Source: Sphyrna mokarran
Lineage: Eukaryota
Reading direction: 5' to 3'
Assembly (NCBI GenBank): GCA_024679065.1
Contig: JAGIQG010000009.1
Location: 91,450,001-91,514,000 of the forward strand
Length of the DNA stretch: 64,000 nucleotides
A model generated the notes under the pieces. The model was not told the DNA's origin. It did not search any database and saw only the letters and a program-made list of their open reading frames with translations. The number at the start of each line of letters is the position of its first letter. Positions within the stretch are counted from its first letter, which is position 1. Below are positions 1-12,800 of the stretch, in pieces. Position numbers and translations under genes: made by a program.

Positions 1-35
1 AGAGCAGACCCAGTTTGCTCTGCGGATGGATATTC

Positions 36-155
36 CCCTCCCCTCACCACACTCTCCCTCACCACACTCCCCCTCACCACACTCCCCCTCACCACACTCC
101 CCCGCACCATACTCCCCCGCACCACACTCCCCCTCACTACACTCCCCCTCACCCC
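36..155. repeat. 15-bp C-rich tandem repeat (CCCTCACCACACTCC)n
   Basis: About 8 units; paralogous shorter array at 35335-35408. Confidence 0.9.
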
Positions 156-384
156 CATAATGGTGGCCTGGCTTCTTTCCTGGTTTATTTTGATGTTTTT
201 CTGAAGTGACCTTCCTGTTGAAGCAGTTTCTCAGTTACACACCCTGTACTGTAGCTGGGTGCTGGTCGAAAGCTGGAGGAATCCGGATTGGTTATTGGGG
301 AACTACTCTTAATTTGAGGGAAATGGTTTCCATGCCAATTATAAATGTTCCCCCACAGAAAATTCTTAACTGTGACCTGTATCT

Positions 385-680
385 GTGTGTATACACCTCT
401 CTTTGTAGCTATGAATGTGTGTATACATGAGTGTAATGTGTGTATTTGTGTGTGTATGAGCATGTGTGTGTTACTTGCACACCAGTATATACATGTCTCT
501 GTGTGTGCGTATGTATGTATGTGTTGGTGCTTGTGCGTGCATATGTATTTTTGTGTCTGTGTGTTTGCATGTTTCTGTTTGTGTGTGTGTGTTTACATAT
601 GTTTGTTTGTGTGTGTGTTTGTGTGTGCGCGCGCACGCGCAGTCTGGTATATATGTGCGTGCTTACATGAGAGTATATGT
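385..680. repeat. Degenerate (GT)n/(GTAT)n microsatellite
   Basis: TG-rich low-complexity tract; paralog at ~35655-35890. Confidence 0.85.
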
Positions 681-952
681 GCATCCTCACTCCATAACCC
701 ATTCAATTACCAATTACAATTTAAATGAAAATATTGCAACAATTCTACAAACCCTGTAAGACTGTTAAATTATTCCATTTCTTTCCAGTTGCTTCTATTT
801 TAGTCTCAATGGGATGTGAAAATTACTGGCTAGGTCAGCATTTATTGCCATCCCTAGTTGCCCTGTTAGAGTGGGAGCTCCAGGTTTTGACCCAGTGATG
901 GTGAAGGAACAACAGATATATTTCCAAGTTAGGGTGGTGTATTGTTTGGAGT

Positions 953-3607
953 GAAACAAAGAACAAAGAACAACACAGCACAGGAAACAGGCCTTTCAGC
1001 CCAACGAGCCCTTGCTGCTATTTTAACATTGTGAGTGCCCCTTTCTACCTATGACCTTTGTCTATGCCTATTGGGAAAGATGAGGGAAGACTAATGTGGA
1101 GACTATTTGTTAACACCAATCAGCCTAAGCGCACATTTTTGGGGTGTGGGAGAAAACTGAAGTGTCCGGAGAAAACCCGCACAAGCATGGGGAGAATGGG
1201 GAGAACTCCCGCAGACACTGGACCAAATCCATGTATCTGCACGGCAAATAGTAATAGTCACTGAGCTACAATGTTGCCGGTCAGCTGGTCCAGTTTGAGC
1301 GTACACTAATGACGTGAAGCACTAGGCAACTCTCGAAGCAACGTTCAAGAGCTGCCCTCGCACGACCCATCGTGTGTAAGCCCTTTGTTGGATAATAAAT
1401 TAAAAAAGACATCAATAAACACCCACAATTTATACAGACATTCACGGAATCCCCAGAAGCTCAGAAGTAAGACAAGTGAGCCATAAAATATGTTGAAAGG
1501 TCCATAGGAATCAATTGATTCCCAGGGACATACCAAGGCTCTTGATCTTTATTCAGAACAATCTCCTGTATCTCTCCATCTCTAGTCTGCTCATGTGAAT
1601 ATCTAAGTAAACCTTAAACAACTCTAGCATGCCTGCCTCTACCACCCTTCTTGGCAGTGCATTCTAGGCCCCCATAATCCTCTGTGAGAAAAACCTCCCT
1701 CCAACATCTGAATTATACCTCAACCCTCTCACCCTAAGCCCATGGCCCCTCATAATTTTTGTATCCAACCTAGAAAGAAGCTTACCACTGTTCGCTCTAT
1801 CTATACACTTCATAATTTTATACACCTCCATTAGATCTCCTCTTATTCTCCATCTCTCAAAGGAGAACAGCCCTAATTTGTCCAATCTCTCCTCATAACT
1901 CAGACCTTCCATACCAGGCAGCATCCTGGTAAACCTCCTCTGCACTGTCTCCAGACTCTCCACGATCTTCCGGTAGTAAGGTGACCAGAACTGGACGCAG
2001 GATTCCAAATGAGGTCAAACCAACATTTTATACAACTGCAACATTAGACACCAGCTTTTATACTCTATACCCCTTCCTATGAAGGCAAGCATACCATAAG
2101 CCTTCTTCGCCACCTTCTCCACCTTACTGCCACCTTTAAGGACTTGTGTACTTGCACCCCCAGGTCCCTCTGCATTTCTATACTCTTAATAGACCTACCA
2201 TTTATCGTGTAACTCCCCCTCACGTTATTTCTTCCAAAATGCATCACCTCACATTTATTTGGATTAAATTCCATCTGCCATTTCTCTGCCCAATATAGCA
2301 GCCTATCTATATCCTGCTGTGTTGCCTGACACTGGTCTTATCAGCAAGTCCAGCCATCTTCGTGTCATCTGCAAACTTGCAGATCACACAATTTACTCCC
2401 TCTTCCAAGTCATTTATGTATATTACAAATAGCAAATGTCCCAGTACTGAGGTTTGCGGCACACCACTAGTGACAGACCTCCAGCTAGAAAAGGACCCTT
2501 CTACCACTACTCTCTGTCTCCTGTTACCAAGCCAGTTCTCAATCCATCTAGCCACCTGTCCTTGTATCCCATTAGCCTTAACCTTTCCAATCAACCTACC
2601 ATGAGGGACTCTGTCAAATGCCTTACGGAAATCCATATAGATGGCATCCACAGCTCATCCCTCGTTGACTGTTTTTGTCATCTCCTCAAAAAATTCTGCC
2701 AGATTCGTAAGGCATGACCTCCCCTTTACAAAGCTATGCTGCCTTTCACTAATCAAAGTGCCACGCTCTAAATGCGTACACATCCTATCCCTAAGAATCC
2801 TTTCCAACAACTTCCCTACCACTGACGTCAAACTCATTGGCCTATAATTACCCAGGTTATCCCTACTACCCTTTTTAAACAATGGTACCACATTAGCTAT
2901 CCTCCAGTCCTCTGGGACCTCACCTCTGTCCAAAGAAAAGACAAAGATTTGCGTCAGAGGCCCAGCAATCTCATCTCTCTCTCCCCCTAAGCAGCTTAGG
3001 ATAAATGCCATCAGGCCTGGAGATTTATCAGTTTTAAAACCTTAACACTTCCTCCTTCATAATAGATATTTCCTGCAACAGGTCTACAACTCCTTCCAAG
3101 ATGGTACCAGACAACAAGCTCTTCTCCTTCGTGAATACTGATGCAAAATATTTATTCAGCATCTCCCCCATTCCTTTGGAATATAAGCATAGCTCCCCTT
3201 CTCTATCCCTATGAGGACCGATTTTTCCTCTAACCACCCTTTTATTCCTAGCATAGGAGTAAAATGCCTTTGGATTTTCCTTAATCCTGTCTGCCAAGAC
3301 CATTTCATGCCCCCTTTTTGCCCTTCTAACTCCCCGTTTGAGCTCCCTCCTACTCTCTCTGTATTCCTCCAATGCTGTCTCCGTTCCCAGTTGCTTAGAC
3401 CTAACATACGCCTCTCTTTTCTTCCTGACTAAGACCTCAATGTCCCTAGTTAATGCTCTCTAATCCTACCTTTCCCTTCCTTCCTCTTAACATGTCTTTG
3501 CTGCAACCTTTTCAGGTGTCCCTTAAAAGACTCCCAAGTGCTGAACATGGACTTATCCTCAAACAACCTCCCCCATCAATACCTATAAGTTACTGCTTAA
3601 TCTGGCA
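953..3607 (-). mobile_element. CR1 LINE, 5'-truncated and decayed (with a nested SINE-like piece at ~1030-1560)
   Basis: ORF2 RT fragments (VPEDWRIANVVPLFKKG, YMDFRKAFDRVPH, SGVPQ, KFADDTK, CVQFWSP); 3' tail repeat at ~955; absent from the paralogous site at ~36172. Confidence 0.92.
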
Positions 3608-3764
3608 CTCCAGGTAGTGTGTGTTCCCAAGTATCTGCTGTCCTTGTCCTTAAAAGTGCTAGTGGGTTTAAAAGGTGCTGCCCAGAGAGACTTGGTGAGT
3701 CCCTGTGGTGAATCCTGTAGATGATTCACACAGCTGCCACTGAGCATCAGTGGTGGAGGGCTTG

Positions 3765-4095
3765 AAACATAGAATCCTCCAGTGCAAAAGGAGGCCATTT
3801 GGCCCATCGAGTCTGCACTGACTGCAATCCCCACACTGGCCCCATCTCCATTAACTCATGCATTTAGCTGCGCTAATCCCCATGATATAAAGGGGTTATT
3901 TAACCTGGCCAGTCCAGCTCACCTGCACATCTTTGGACCATGGGAAGAAATCGGAACACTCTGAGGAAACACATGCAGACACGGGGAGAATATGCAAACT
4001 TCACACAGACAGTGACCCAAGAAGGGAATCATACCCGGGTCCCTGGTGCTGCGAGGTAGCAGTGCTAACCGCTGTTCCACCCTGCTGTCCCTTGT
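3765..4095 (-). mobile_element. tRNA-derived SINE (shark HE1-like)
   Basis: tRNA-like head (ggttagcactgctacctcgcagcaccagggacccgggt) and CR1-like 3' tail; same family at 14565-14880, 20100-20385, 30110-30395 and 59120-59405. Confidence 0.7.
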
Positions 4096-5942
4096 GGAAT
4101 GGGTAGCAATGAAGTGAGCTGCTTTATCCTGAATAGTGTCTGTTGAATTTCTTGAGTGTTTTTAGAGCTGTCCTTACCTCGGCAAGTGGAGAGAATTCCA
4201 TTACATAGAAACATAGAAAACTGAAGCAGGAGTAGGTTATTTGATGCTTCGAGACTTTTCACCAATCCTTACAATCATGGCTGATCATCAAATTCAATAT
4301 TATGATCCTCTTTCCCCCATAACCCTTGATCTCAAAAGGCCCAAAAGCTCCATGTAATTTTTTTTCTTGAAGTCAGATGTTTTGGCCTCACTTACTTTTT
4401 GTGGTACTGAATTCCTCACATTCACCACTCTCTGGCTGAAGAAATTTCTCCTCACCTCAGTTCTTATCCTCAAACTGTGACCCCTACCATTTGGAACTTT
4501 GTTTCTGAATCTACCCTACCTAATCCTGTTAGAATTTTATAAGTCTCAATGAGATCCCTTCTCACTCTTCTAAACTCCAATGAATACAATCCTCACACTC
4601 CTGACTTGTGCCATGTAGATGGTGGACAAGTTTTGGGGAGTCAAGACGTGGTTACCCACTGCAGGATTCCTAACCTCTGACCTGCTCTTGTACCTACAGT
4701 ATTTGGCTAATGGCGAATCCAGTTTTGTTTCTGGTCAATGGTAGGCCCCAGGATGTTGCTAATGGGGATTCAGACATGATAATACCATTGAATCAAGGGA
4801 TGGTGGTTTGATTCTCTCTTGTTGGGGATGATTGTTGCCTTGCACTTGTGTGGCCCAAATATTACTTACCACTTGTTAGTCCAAGCCTGGATATTGTTCA
4901 GGTCTTGCTGCATTTTGGACATGGACTGCTTCAATATCTGAGGAGACATAATGTAGCTGAACATTATGCAATCATCAGTGAACATCCCCACTTCTGACAT
5001 TATCATAGAAGGCAGGTCATTGATGAAGTAGCTGAAGATGGTTGGGATTGGGACACAAATTCCCTGAGGAAATCACTGATGCCCAGAGAGTGAGATAATT
5101 GACCTCCAACCAAACAACCACCATTTTTTGTGCTAGTTATGATTCCAACCAGTGGAGAGTTTTCCTCCTGATACCCATCGATTCCGGTTTTATGAGGGCT
5201 CCTTGATGCCATAACTCGGTCGAATGTGGCCTTGATGTCAAAGGCTCTCACTCTCATCTCACCTTGGGAACTCAGCTCTTTTTTCCATGTTTAAATCAAA
5301 CCTGTAATGAGGTCAGGAGATGAGTGACCCCAGAGGAACCCAAACTGGGTGTCACTGAGCAGGTTATTGCTGAGTAAATGCCGCTTGATGACACTGTTGG
5401 TGAACCTTCATCACTTTACTGAGATTGACAGCAGACTGATTGGGCTGTAATTGCCTGGGTTAAATTTGTCCTGATCCTAGTGTACAGCTATTTTATACAT
5501 TGCCATTCTTCTCACTGTACTGGAATAGCTTGGCGAGGGAAATAGCAAGTACTAGAGCACAAGTCTTCAACATTTTTGCCAGGATGTTGTCCTTCCACAC
5601 CAACACACTCACTTTGAGGTTCCCTACACTTCTCATTACTGAGAAGCTGGTGAGCCTTCACCTCCAGCTCACTGGGAAATGTGCTGAAGTTTGATTCTCT
5701 AAAGTTAGGACATGGCTTCCTCTCCTCTGTCTCTCACACTGACATCTTCAGTTAAGAAGTCAATCAATGCTAATGGAAAACAGTGAATGATGTTGACATT
5801 TAGTCTGAACTCAGTCAGTTCACATTGGATTGAACCTCAACAACTGCCCATTCCAATCGTCACAAGCTGCTGAGTGAATGAATAAAACATTTCCTGTGAA
5901 ATCAGTGAAGAAGAATTCAGACAAATCAAACACCAAGAGTTA

Positions 5943-5948
5943 TTTATT
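5943..5948 (-). terminator. Putative polyadenylation signal of gene A
   Basis: AATAAA on the minus strand followed by a GT/T-rich tract; conserved in copy B at 36903-36908. Confidence 0.5.
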
Positions 5949-6756
5949 GATGACAATCCACAGTTATGATGTTTCACTATGATCCTGATTATAGATTTTA
6001 CTCCATGAATGTGATACAACATTAAAATAAACAATCATTGAACACATCAAATATGATGTTACATAAAGAGCAAAATGAGCCAGTGTGTAATAATTTAAAT
6101 TCTGGTGTGTCTAACTACACTGAGAGTTACAATTTAGATTGGTAATATTAATATCTCAGCAGTATTCACACTGAGAATTTTGACATGTTTTTCAGCCACT
6201 CCCTGTAACGATGATGGGAGGTCTTCCCCCATTGAGTGTCTCCAGTATCTGTCCCAAGCTGTGTCGTGTCCCTTACCAGTATTCCTGGAACTTGCATTGT
6301 GACAATCTGAAACCCTCAGTCATGGAGAACCCTTTGCCCTGGAAGAGCTGTTAGTTTCAGGCTAATTTTCACTGAGTTGATGGTCCTCCAGCAGGAGACG
6401 GTGTTTATCTCAGTGTGTGTTCCTGGAAACAGCATGTACAGCGTACAGTCCTGTATAAAGGAACTGTCGGGTGAACATTCTGTGACTGTGTGGAAATTCA
6501 TCAGATCAAATTTCATTTTACTTCATCTCATACACCTTATAAAGTGAAGTGGGAAAACTGCCCAGCACCAGAAAAATGTTTCCAACATCCTGATTGTCTT
6601 CTTCATTGTCAGATATATCACATAATCTTTGACACAGATTCCAAAAGGCCTTGATCAGAATCCGCAAACATTTAAAGATATTTAAAACACTGAGCAATCA
6701 GAAAGTGAGAAAAGTGTACAAACTGTGAGTGTATTTCATTCCCAACAATCTGTCCC

Positions 6757-6800
6757 TCAGTCACTCACTGGAGCTGTTGTGTACGTCCGACTTGGTGAAT
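6757..6800 (-). CDS. Gene A cytoplasmic exon (DSPSRTYTTAPVSD*)
   Basis: Acceptor cttctgcag|, phase 1, YxxA motif, conserved in copy B. An internal gtgagt donor (6763-6768) could splice to a further exon. Confidence 0.7.
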
Positions 6801-9800
6801 CTGCAGAAGTGAAATAAATGTCAGTTAGAATGGGGAATAATCCATTCTCAGAGAGTGAGAACACAACAAGTGTGAGGGAATGGAGATTGTGTGAGAAATA
6901 CTCATTCTCACACTCCCCTCCATCCTTACACTTTATGGAGATCCTGTAGATCTCTTCCATTCCATCCATATTCAGTAGGTGAGGATGTGAGTGTGTGCGG
7001 TGGCTTTAATGATCAATATTATACCTGGTCTGGGCTGATCACACAAAGGAAAATCAGACAAGGAACAAGATGTGTTTATACGTGTGTATCTGTGGATGGG
7101 AATTAAATCAGTTCATTCAACACAGTGTCCTGTATTCCCAGTACTGGAGATTCCCCACATTCACTCTGTCCCCTCAGTTCGACATTCCCCTCTCTCTGAT
7201 TCTTACCTCTCTGCTGTCTTTTCCAAATGATTATTCCGAATATAACAGCCAGTGCTGCGATCACTGATCCGATTATAATTCCAAGATGGAAACGCCCTTC
7301 ACTGTTTCCCGGGATTTCTGAAACACATTTGAATAATATGAGGATTGTTTCTGTTCTCGGATCCATTCCCAGTTCTGTGTTCATTGGGGATAATTTGAAC
7401 TGAAACCACCCCAGTCCAAATGGGATTGGTTGAAGCTTTGCTTTTACACTGGTCCCATGGTGGATAAGGGAGTGTCTATGGATCTGCTCTGGATGGACTT
7501 CCAGAAGGTCATTGATAAAGTTCCACACAAGAGATTCTTGACAATAATCAGAGTGTTTAGAATTGAAGGAAATCTTCGTCGTGGGCTGAAAATTGGTTGG
7601 CAGGAGAGAGACAGGGAATGGAGAGAATGGGATTGTGCTCCCATACAAACACATGCACATATCCAGTACAGTTCCTTACCCCACTGATGGAGCTTGGGCT
7701 CTGCCAGGCTGCTGTGTTCAATTTGACAGGAGTATTGATCCTCATCCGCAGCATTTATTTCAATCTGTTTCTGGATCTGATGGGTTCCATCATGGTTTGG
7801 TCGAATCCCCGAGGATAGTGTTTCAGACATTACCTCTCCATTCCTTAACCAGTTCACCTCGATGTCTACAGGATAAAAGCCAGTAACCAGGCAGGAGAGA
7901 GTGAGCGGCTTGTACTGACTTTTGGGCTCACTTCTGGAGATGAAGACTTCAGGCTGAACTGTAATGGGAAAGGGTGAAAACACAAACAATAAACCCACAC
8001 TGAATGCAATGGGAGAACGGTTTGATAAATCAGTGAAGTTAGAGCAGAACATGGGCTCAAAACTGAAATCAATACTTTTCCGTTCAAAATATTCCTTTCC
8101 AGCTTTTAAATATAACACCAAATGCTGGACAGACTTTTCTTCTAGACTTGTTTTCCAGTGTTTGTTCCAGGATTGATCCGAATCCCATTTCTCTTTAGTC
8201 TTCACTGCCATGTGATTGGATGCGACCCATCTCATTCTGTTGGGCTCTAAACTGATATGGTCTTTTCCATCAAATCCAATTCTCATCGATCTCTTTATGG
8301 AGCCGTCTTCAGCAATCTCAACAATTAGGATCCATTGAAAAACGTGAATTCCTGTCAATAATCAAAAACATTAATCATTTATTCCCAGAAAGCTACAATT
8401 ATCTAATCAATGGGGAAATGAGCAATCATACTCGGATGGTGTCAACGATTTGAGGATTACAAATGTTACATCCTCATTGATTACACTCTAATCATTGAAA
8501 ACAAAGGCAAGGAACCTTTAGGGAGAAAATTAGCCTCAAGTCTTCATCTTTAGAAATCAGCCTAATAGTCAGGACAGTGTCCAGGGATGAGTAGGTTAAA
8601 GGGATTAGTGGGTATAATATGTAGGGATATGACAGTAGGGCCTGCGTGGGATTGTGGTTCGTGCGAACTCGATGGGACGAAAGGCCTCTTTCTGTACTGT
8701 GAGGTTCTATGACTCTAAGCCATTCACTCACTCCTGCCTGTTCACTGAACATATGAAAAGGCAAAGTTTGATCAGGGCTAGTCACCATGGGTTTGTCAGA
8801 GGGAGGTCATGCCTAATAAAATTGATTGAATTTTTTGAGGAAGTCACCAGGTATGTTGAAGACGGTGGTGCAGTTGATATAGCTAATATAGATTTCAGTA
8901 AAGCTTTTGACAAGGTCCAGACGGGAAGCTTATAAAGGAGGCAAATCCACGTGGGATACAGGGTAATTTCATAAACTGAATTTAAAATTGGCTTAGTTAT
9001 TGGCGACAGAGGCGATGACAGAAGGCTGCTTTCATGACTTGAAGCCAGTGTCTACTGGGGTACCACAAGAATCTGTGCTCGGTCGTACATTATTTGTCAT
9101 TTATGTAAATGACGCAGATAACTATTTTGAGAGGATGTGATATTAGTAAGTTTGGGGATGACACAAAGATTGGACGGATGGTTAACAGTGAGGCGGAGTG
9201 CCTTGGGCTACAAGAAGATATAGATGGAACAGCAATTGGGCAGATGGAATTTAACGCTGAAAAGTGTGAGGTGATACATTTCGAAAGGATGTATTTAAAT
9301 GAATGCCATGACACTAGGAAGCTTTGTGAAACAAAGTGGCCTTGGCGTGTTTGTCTCTAAAGGCGAAAAGACATGTTAGCAGGATGGTGAAAAATGCATA
9401 TGGGACACTTGCCTTTATCGATTGAGGCATCGATTTCAAAAACAGGGAAGAGATGTCGGAATTGTACAACTTTGGAAGGATGTGATTGCAGTGGAGAGGG
9501 TGCAGAGGAGATACACCAGGATGCTGCCTGGGATGGAACATTTAAGTTATGAAGAGAGGTTGTGTAGGTTTGGATTATTTTAGCAGCTGGCAACTGGTCA
9601 CTGGGTTGTTGCTGACCAGAAGCTGCATCCATTCGAGATCCAGCTGCTGTCGGATGGACCTGCACTGTTTCTGTATTTAAAACTGACAGGAGTGATTCTA
9701 TTGGGGTTATTTGTGTTGCTGGCATCCCAGCTCTACATAATTCATGTCTTTGTGTTGCTTCTTGTGAAGGGACCTTGCAGCATCCTCCATGTGGCTGTAA

Positions 9801-12800
9801 GGGCTCACCTGAAGAAGAAATAACACTCTGAAAGCTTGTGCTACCAGATAAACCTGTTGGATGTTGTGAGGCTTCTTAGTGTACTTTTTGTTCAAGCAGA
9901 GAAGACTGAGGGCTGACCTGATCAAGGTGAACAAGATTATGAGGGACACAGTGGACAGAGAGAATAGGGAACAGCTATTTTCCTTCGTTGAAGGGTCAGT
10001 ACAAGGGGACACAAGTTCAAGGTGAGGGGCAGTAGATTTAGGACAGATTTGAGGAAAAGAAGTTTTACCAAAGAATGGTAATAGCCTGGAGAGTGTTGCC
10101 TGGGAGGGTGGTAGAGGTGGGTTACCTCACATGCTTTAAAAAGTATCTGGATGAGTATTTGGCACAACATAACATTTAAGGCTATGGGCGAAGTGCTGGC
10201 AGATGGGATAAGGTGGAAGGTCAGGTGTTTCTTTTACGTCAGTGCAGATTCAATGGGCCGAATGGTCTCTTTTCACTATTTGATTCAGTGATTCTATGAC
10301 ATGGCGCAACTCTATGAGAGTTATTACTGAACAATGTCAACCTCAGCAAATTGGTCTAAAACATTTCATAACATTTGTGTTCATGAACTACTTTTCTATT
10401 TTGTAATCTATCATCATCTTAAAATGGTTCATATGAATAAAATGGTTTGATTTATTTACAATGACTCTGAGCTAAAACTTAAATACAACAGTAAATTCAA
10501 ACAGAACACAAACAATTTCTAATTTAGAAATAGAATTCTCATTAAATAAGAGATCACAAACAATTCCTCCAATTGAAACATCAAAAAATCCCCATCTCTG
10601 TGCCTGAGGGTCTCTGTCGCAAAATGATGGGGTGGGGAGATAAAAATCTCCCCCCATATCTGTATCCTGTCCTCCCTAGTGCCAGCGACATGCCCAGCTG
10701 CTGTTTCTTGGACCTGTGCACTGTTTCTGTCCTTGAAGCCGGCAGGAGTGGATCGATTGGGGTTATTTGTGTCGCTGCGACACAAATTCCAGATTTACAT
10801 AACTCATGTCTTTGTATTGGCCTCTGGTTATGGGACCTTGCAACATCCTCCATGTGACTATGAGGATTGGGATGGGTTCTGCTTTATACCAGACAAAGTA
10901 TCAGTAATGGTTTTGAGACAAAGGGACAACTGTTGAGAAACACTTGTCTTCAACTCCCTCACTCCTGTCCGCTCCACTCCAGACAGACAAGGAGTTTGTC
11001 ATGTTGAGACACCAGTACATTCCTCAGTTCTGTAATGAACACCTCTCCCAGCAGAGTCAGCAGGGGGCTGCTGTGATCGATGAGTCACTGAAAATCTGAT
11101 CTGTTGGAGGTTTATCATATATATTCTCCTAGTAACTGCACGCCATCATCTTCATAGCTAACCTAATGCTTCGCTCAAATAACAAGGGCTCAGAGGTGGA
11201 GAGCTGGTGATCTGAGTATTGTCCCAGACTTAGGACACTCCCTACGTTAACACCCTGAAGGGGTAAGGAGTCACTGTGTCAGTTCAGCTGTCTTCCAGCC
11301 AGGATGCTGAGCCTCTTGTTGATCTGAATGTTACTCTCGTTCTGCCTACAGTTCAGTTAGAGCCTCAGTACCCTCTGTGAGCCGGGGCCCAATATCTTCA
11401 CGTCTCCTTTCCACCCCCCCGAGCTGCTATCACTGAGTCACCACCACCTCCAGCCGCTGTGTCCAAAGACAGCACTGTCAGAAGAACACATTGACACTGA
11501 GCGGTGAATGAGGGCAATGTAATTGATGTCGTCTGCACGGATATGCAAAATACTTTTGAGATCGTACCATGTGAAAAACTTGTCAATAAGACTGAAGCCC
11601 TTGGACTAAGTTGAACCATAGTGGGATATCTGGAGGTGGGGTGGGAGTGTTTGAGGAGCTAGTATTGCTTTTTGCTCAGTTGATAAAATGCTAGTGTGTC
11701 AATCAGATTAATACAATAGCGCAGGAGTTGATCCCCATTCAGCTGAGGCTGGCCGTGTTTCACTGAATGATCATCAAGATGTTTTAAAAAACTGGTTAAA
11801 ATATGAAGAACAGGGAGTTGTTGTGACTGACTGCTTTTGAAACTGGATGGAGATATGCAATGATGTTGGCCCAGCTTTCAATACTAGAACCACTGCTGGT
11901 GTTTATTCTTGGACTTGGGGGATAGAGGGATGGATTTAAGATGACACAAAAGTTGATGTGTAGTATGAGGAAGACAGTTTTAAAGAAAAACATAAGGCAG
12001 GATTGTGGAATAGGAGGGACATGATATCAATGATATATGAATTACATTGTTAACTACATAAATGCATGCCTTTGTTTAGTTACACACCTACAGCACTGAG
12101 AGATAGAGACTGCTGGGACAATGTCTGGGTCAGTTAAAACAATTCTGCTTTCTGTAAATAAGCCTTTCATTAAAAAATACACTTTATCATCTAGCATGAG
12201 CATGAAGCAGAGAATGGTTGTTGAAGGTTGGGAATGAAGGATGGGATTTTCCGCAACCTTCTCTTCTCCAAGGATGTTTCATGGTGGCAGAGGAGGCCCA
12301 CCATTGGCTGGCTGTAGGAGCTTCGTTATCAGTGGGTTTCCCATTGAATGGACCCCTGTTGCCGGGAAAACCATGCCGGGCATTCGCTGTCGGCAGGACC
12401 AGAAGATCCTGGTGGTGAAAACGGCCAGAAAATACCAGCCTAAGGAGTTGTTTCAGTCAGAAGATTGTAAGCTGAGGTATCTCTGTTGAAAAATAGTAGA
12501 GATCAAAGGGGTGATGTTCAGCCACGTTTGTCTTCAATGAGAACGGACACGGGGGTGGGGGGTGCGGGGGGAGAGTAAAATACGGCGAGATTCTCACTGG
12601 CAAGATCATGTTTCCCATGTTTTTCATATGAAAGAACAGTGATATATTTTTGAATCAGGATGGTGAGTGATTTGGAGACAAACTTGTGGTGATGGCGTTT
12701 CTATGTATTTACTGTCCTTGTCCTTGAAGGTGACTGAGGCATTTTAATTTTTAAATAGAGTAGGAAGGTGTAATACAGCTCATATATTTTAATTAATCAA

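Noticed and set aside
15-759. His/Pro-rich and Cys/Val-rich ORFs (also 35618-35967)
   Set aside because: Translations of a 15-mer repeat and a GT microsatellite.
7444-8358. Single-exon 304-aa gene as given by the ORF track
   Set aside because: It is the alpha2 exon, intron, alpha3 exon and intron read-through; canonical splice sites define the real exons.
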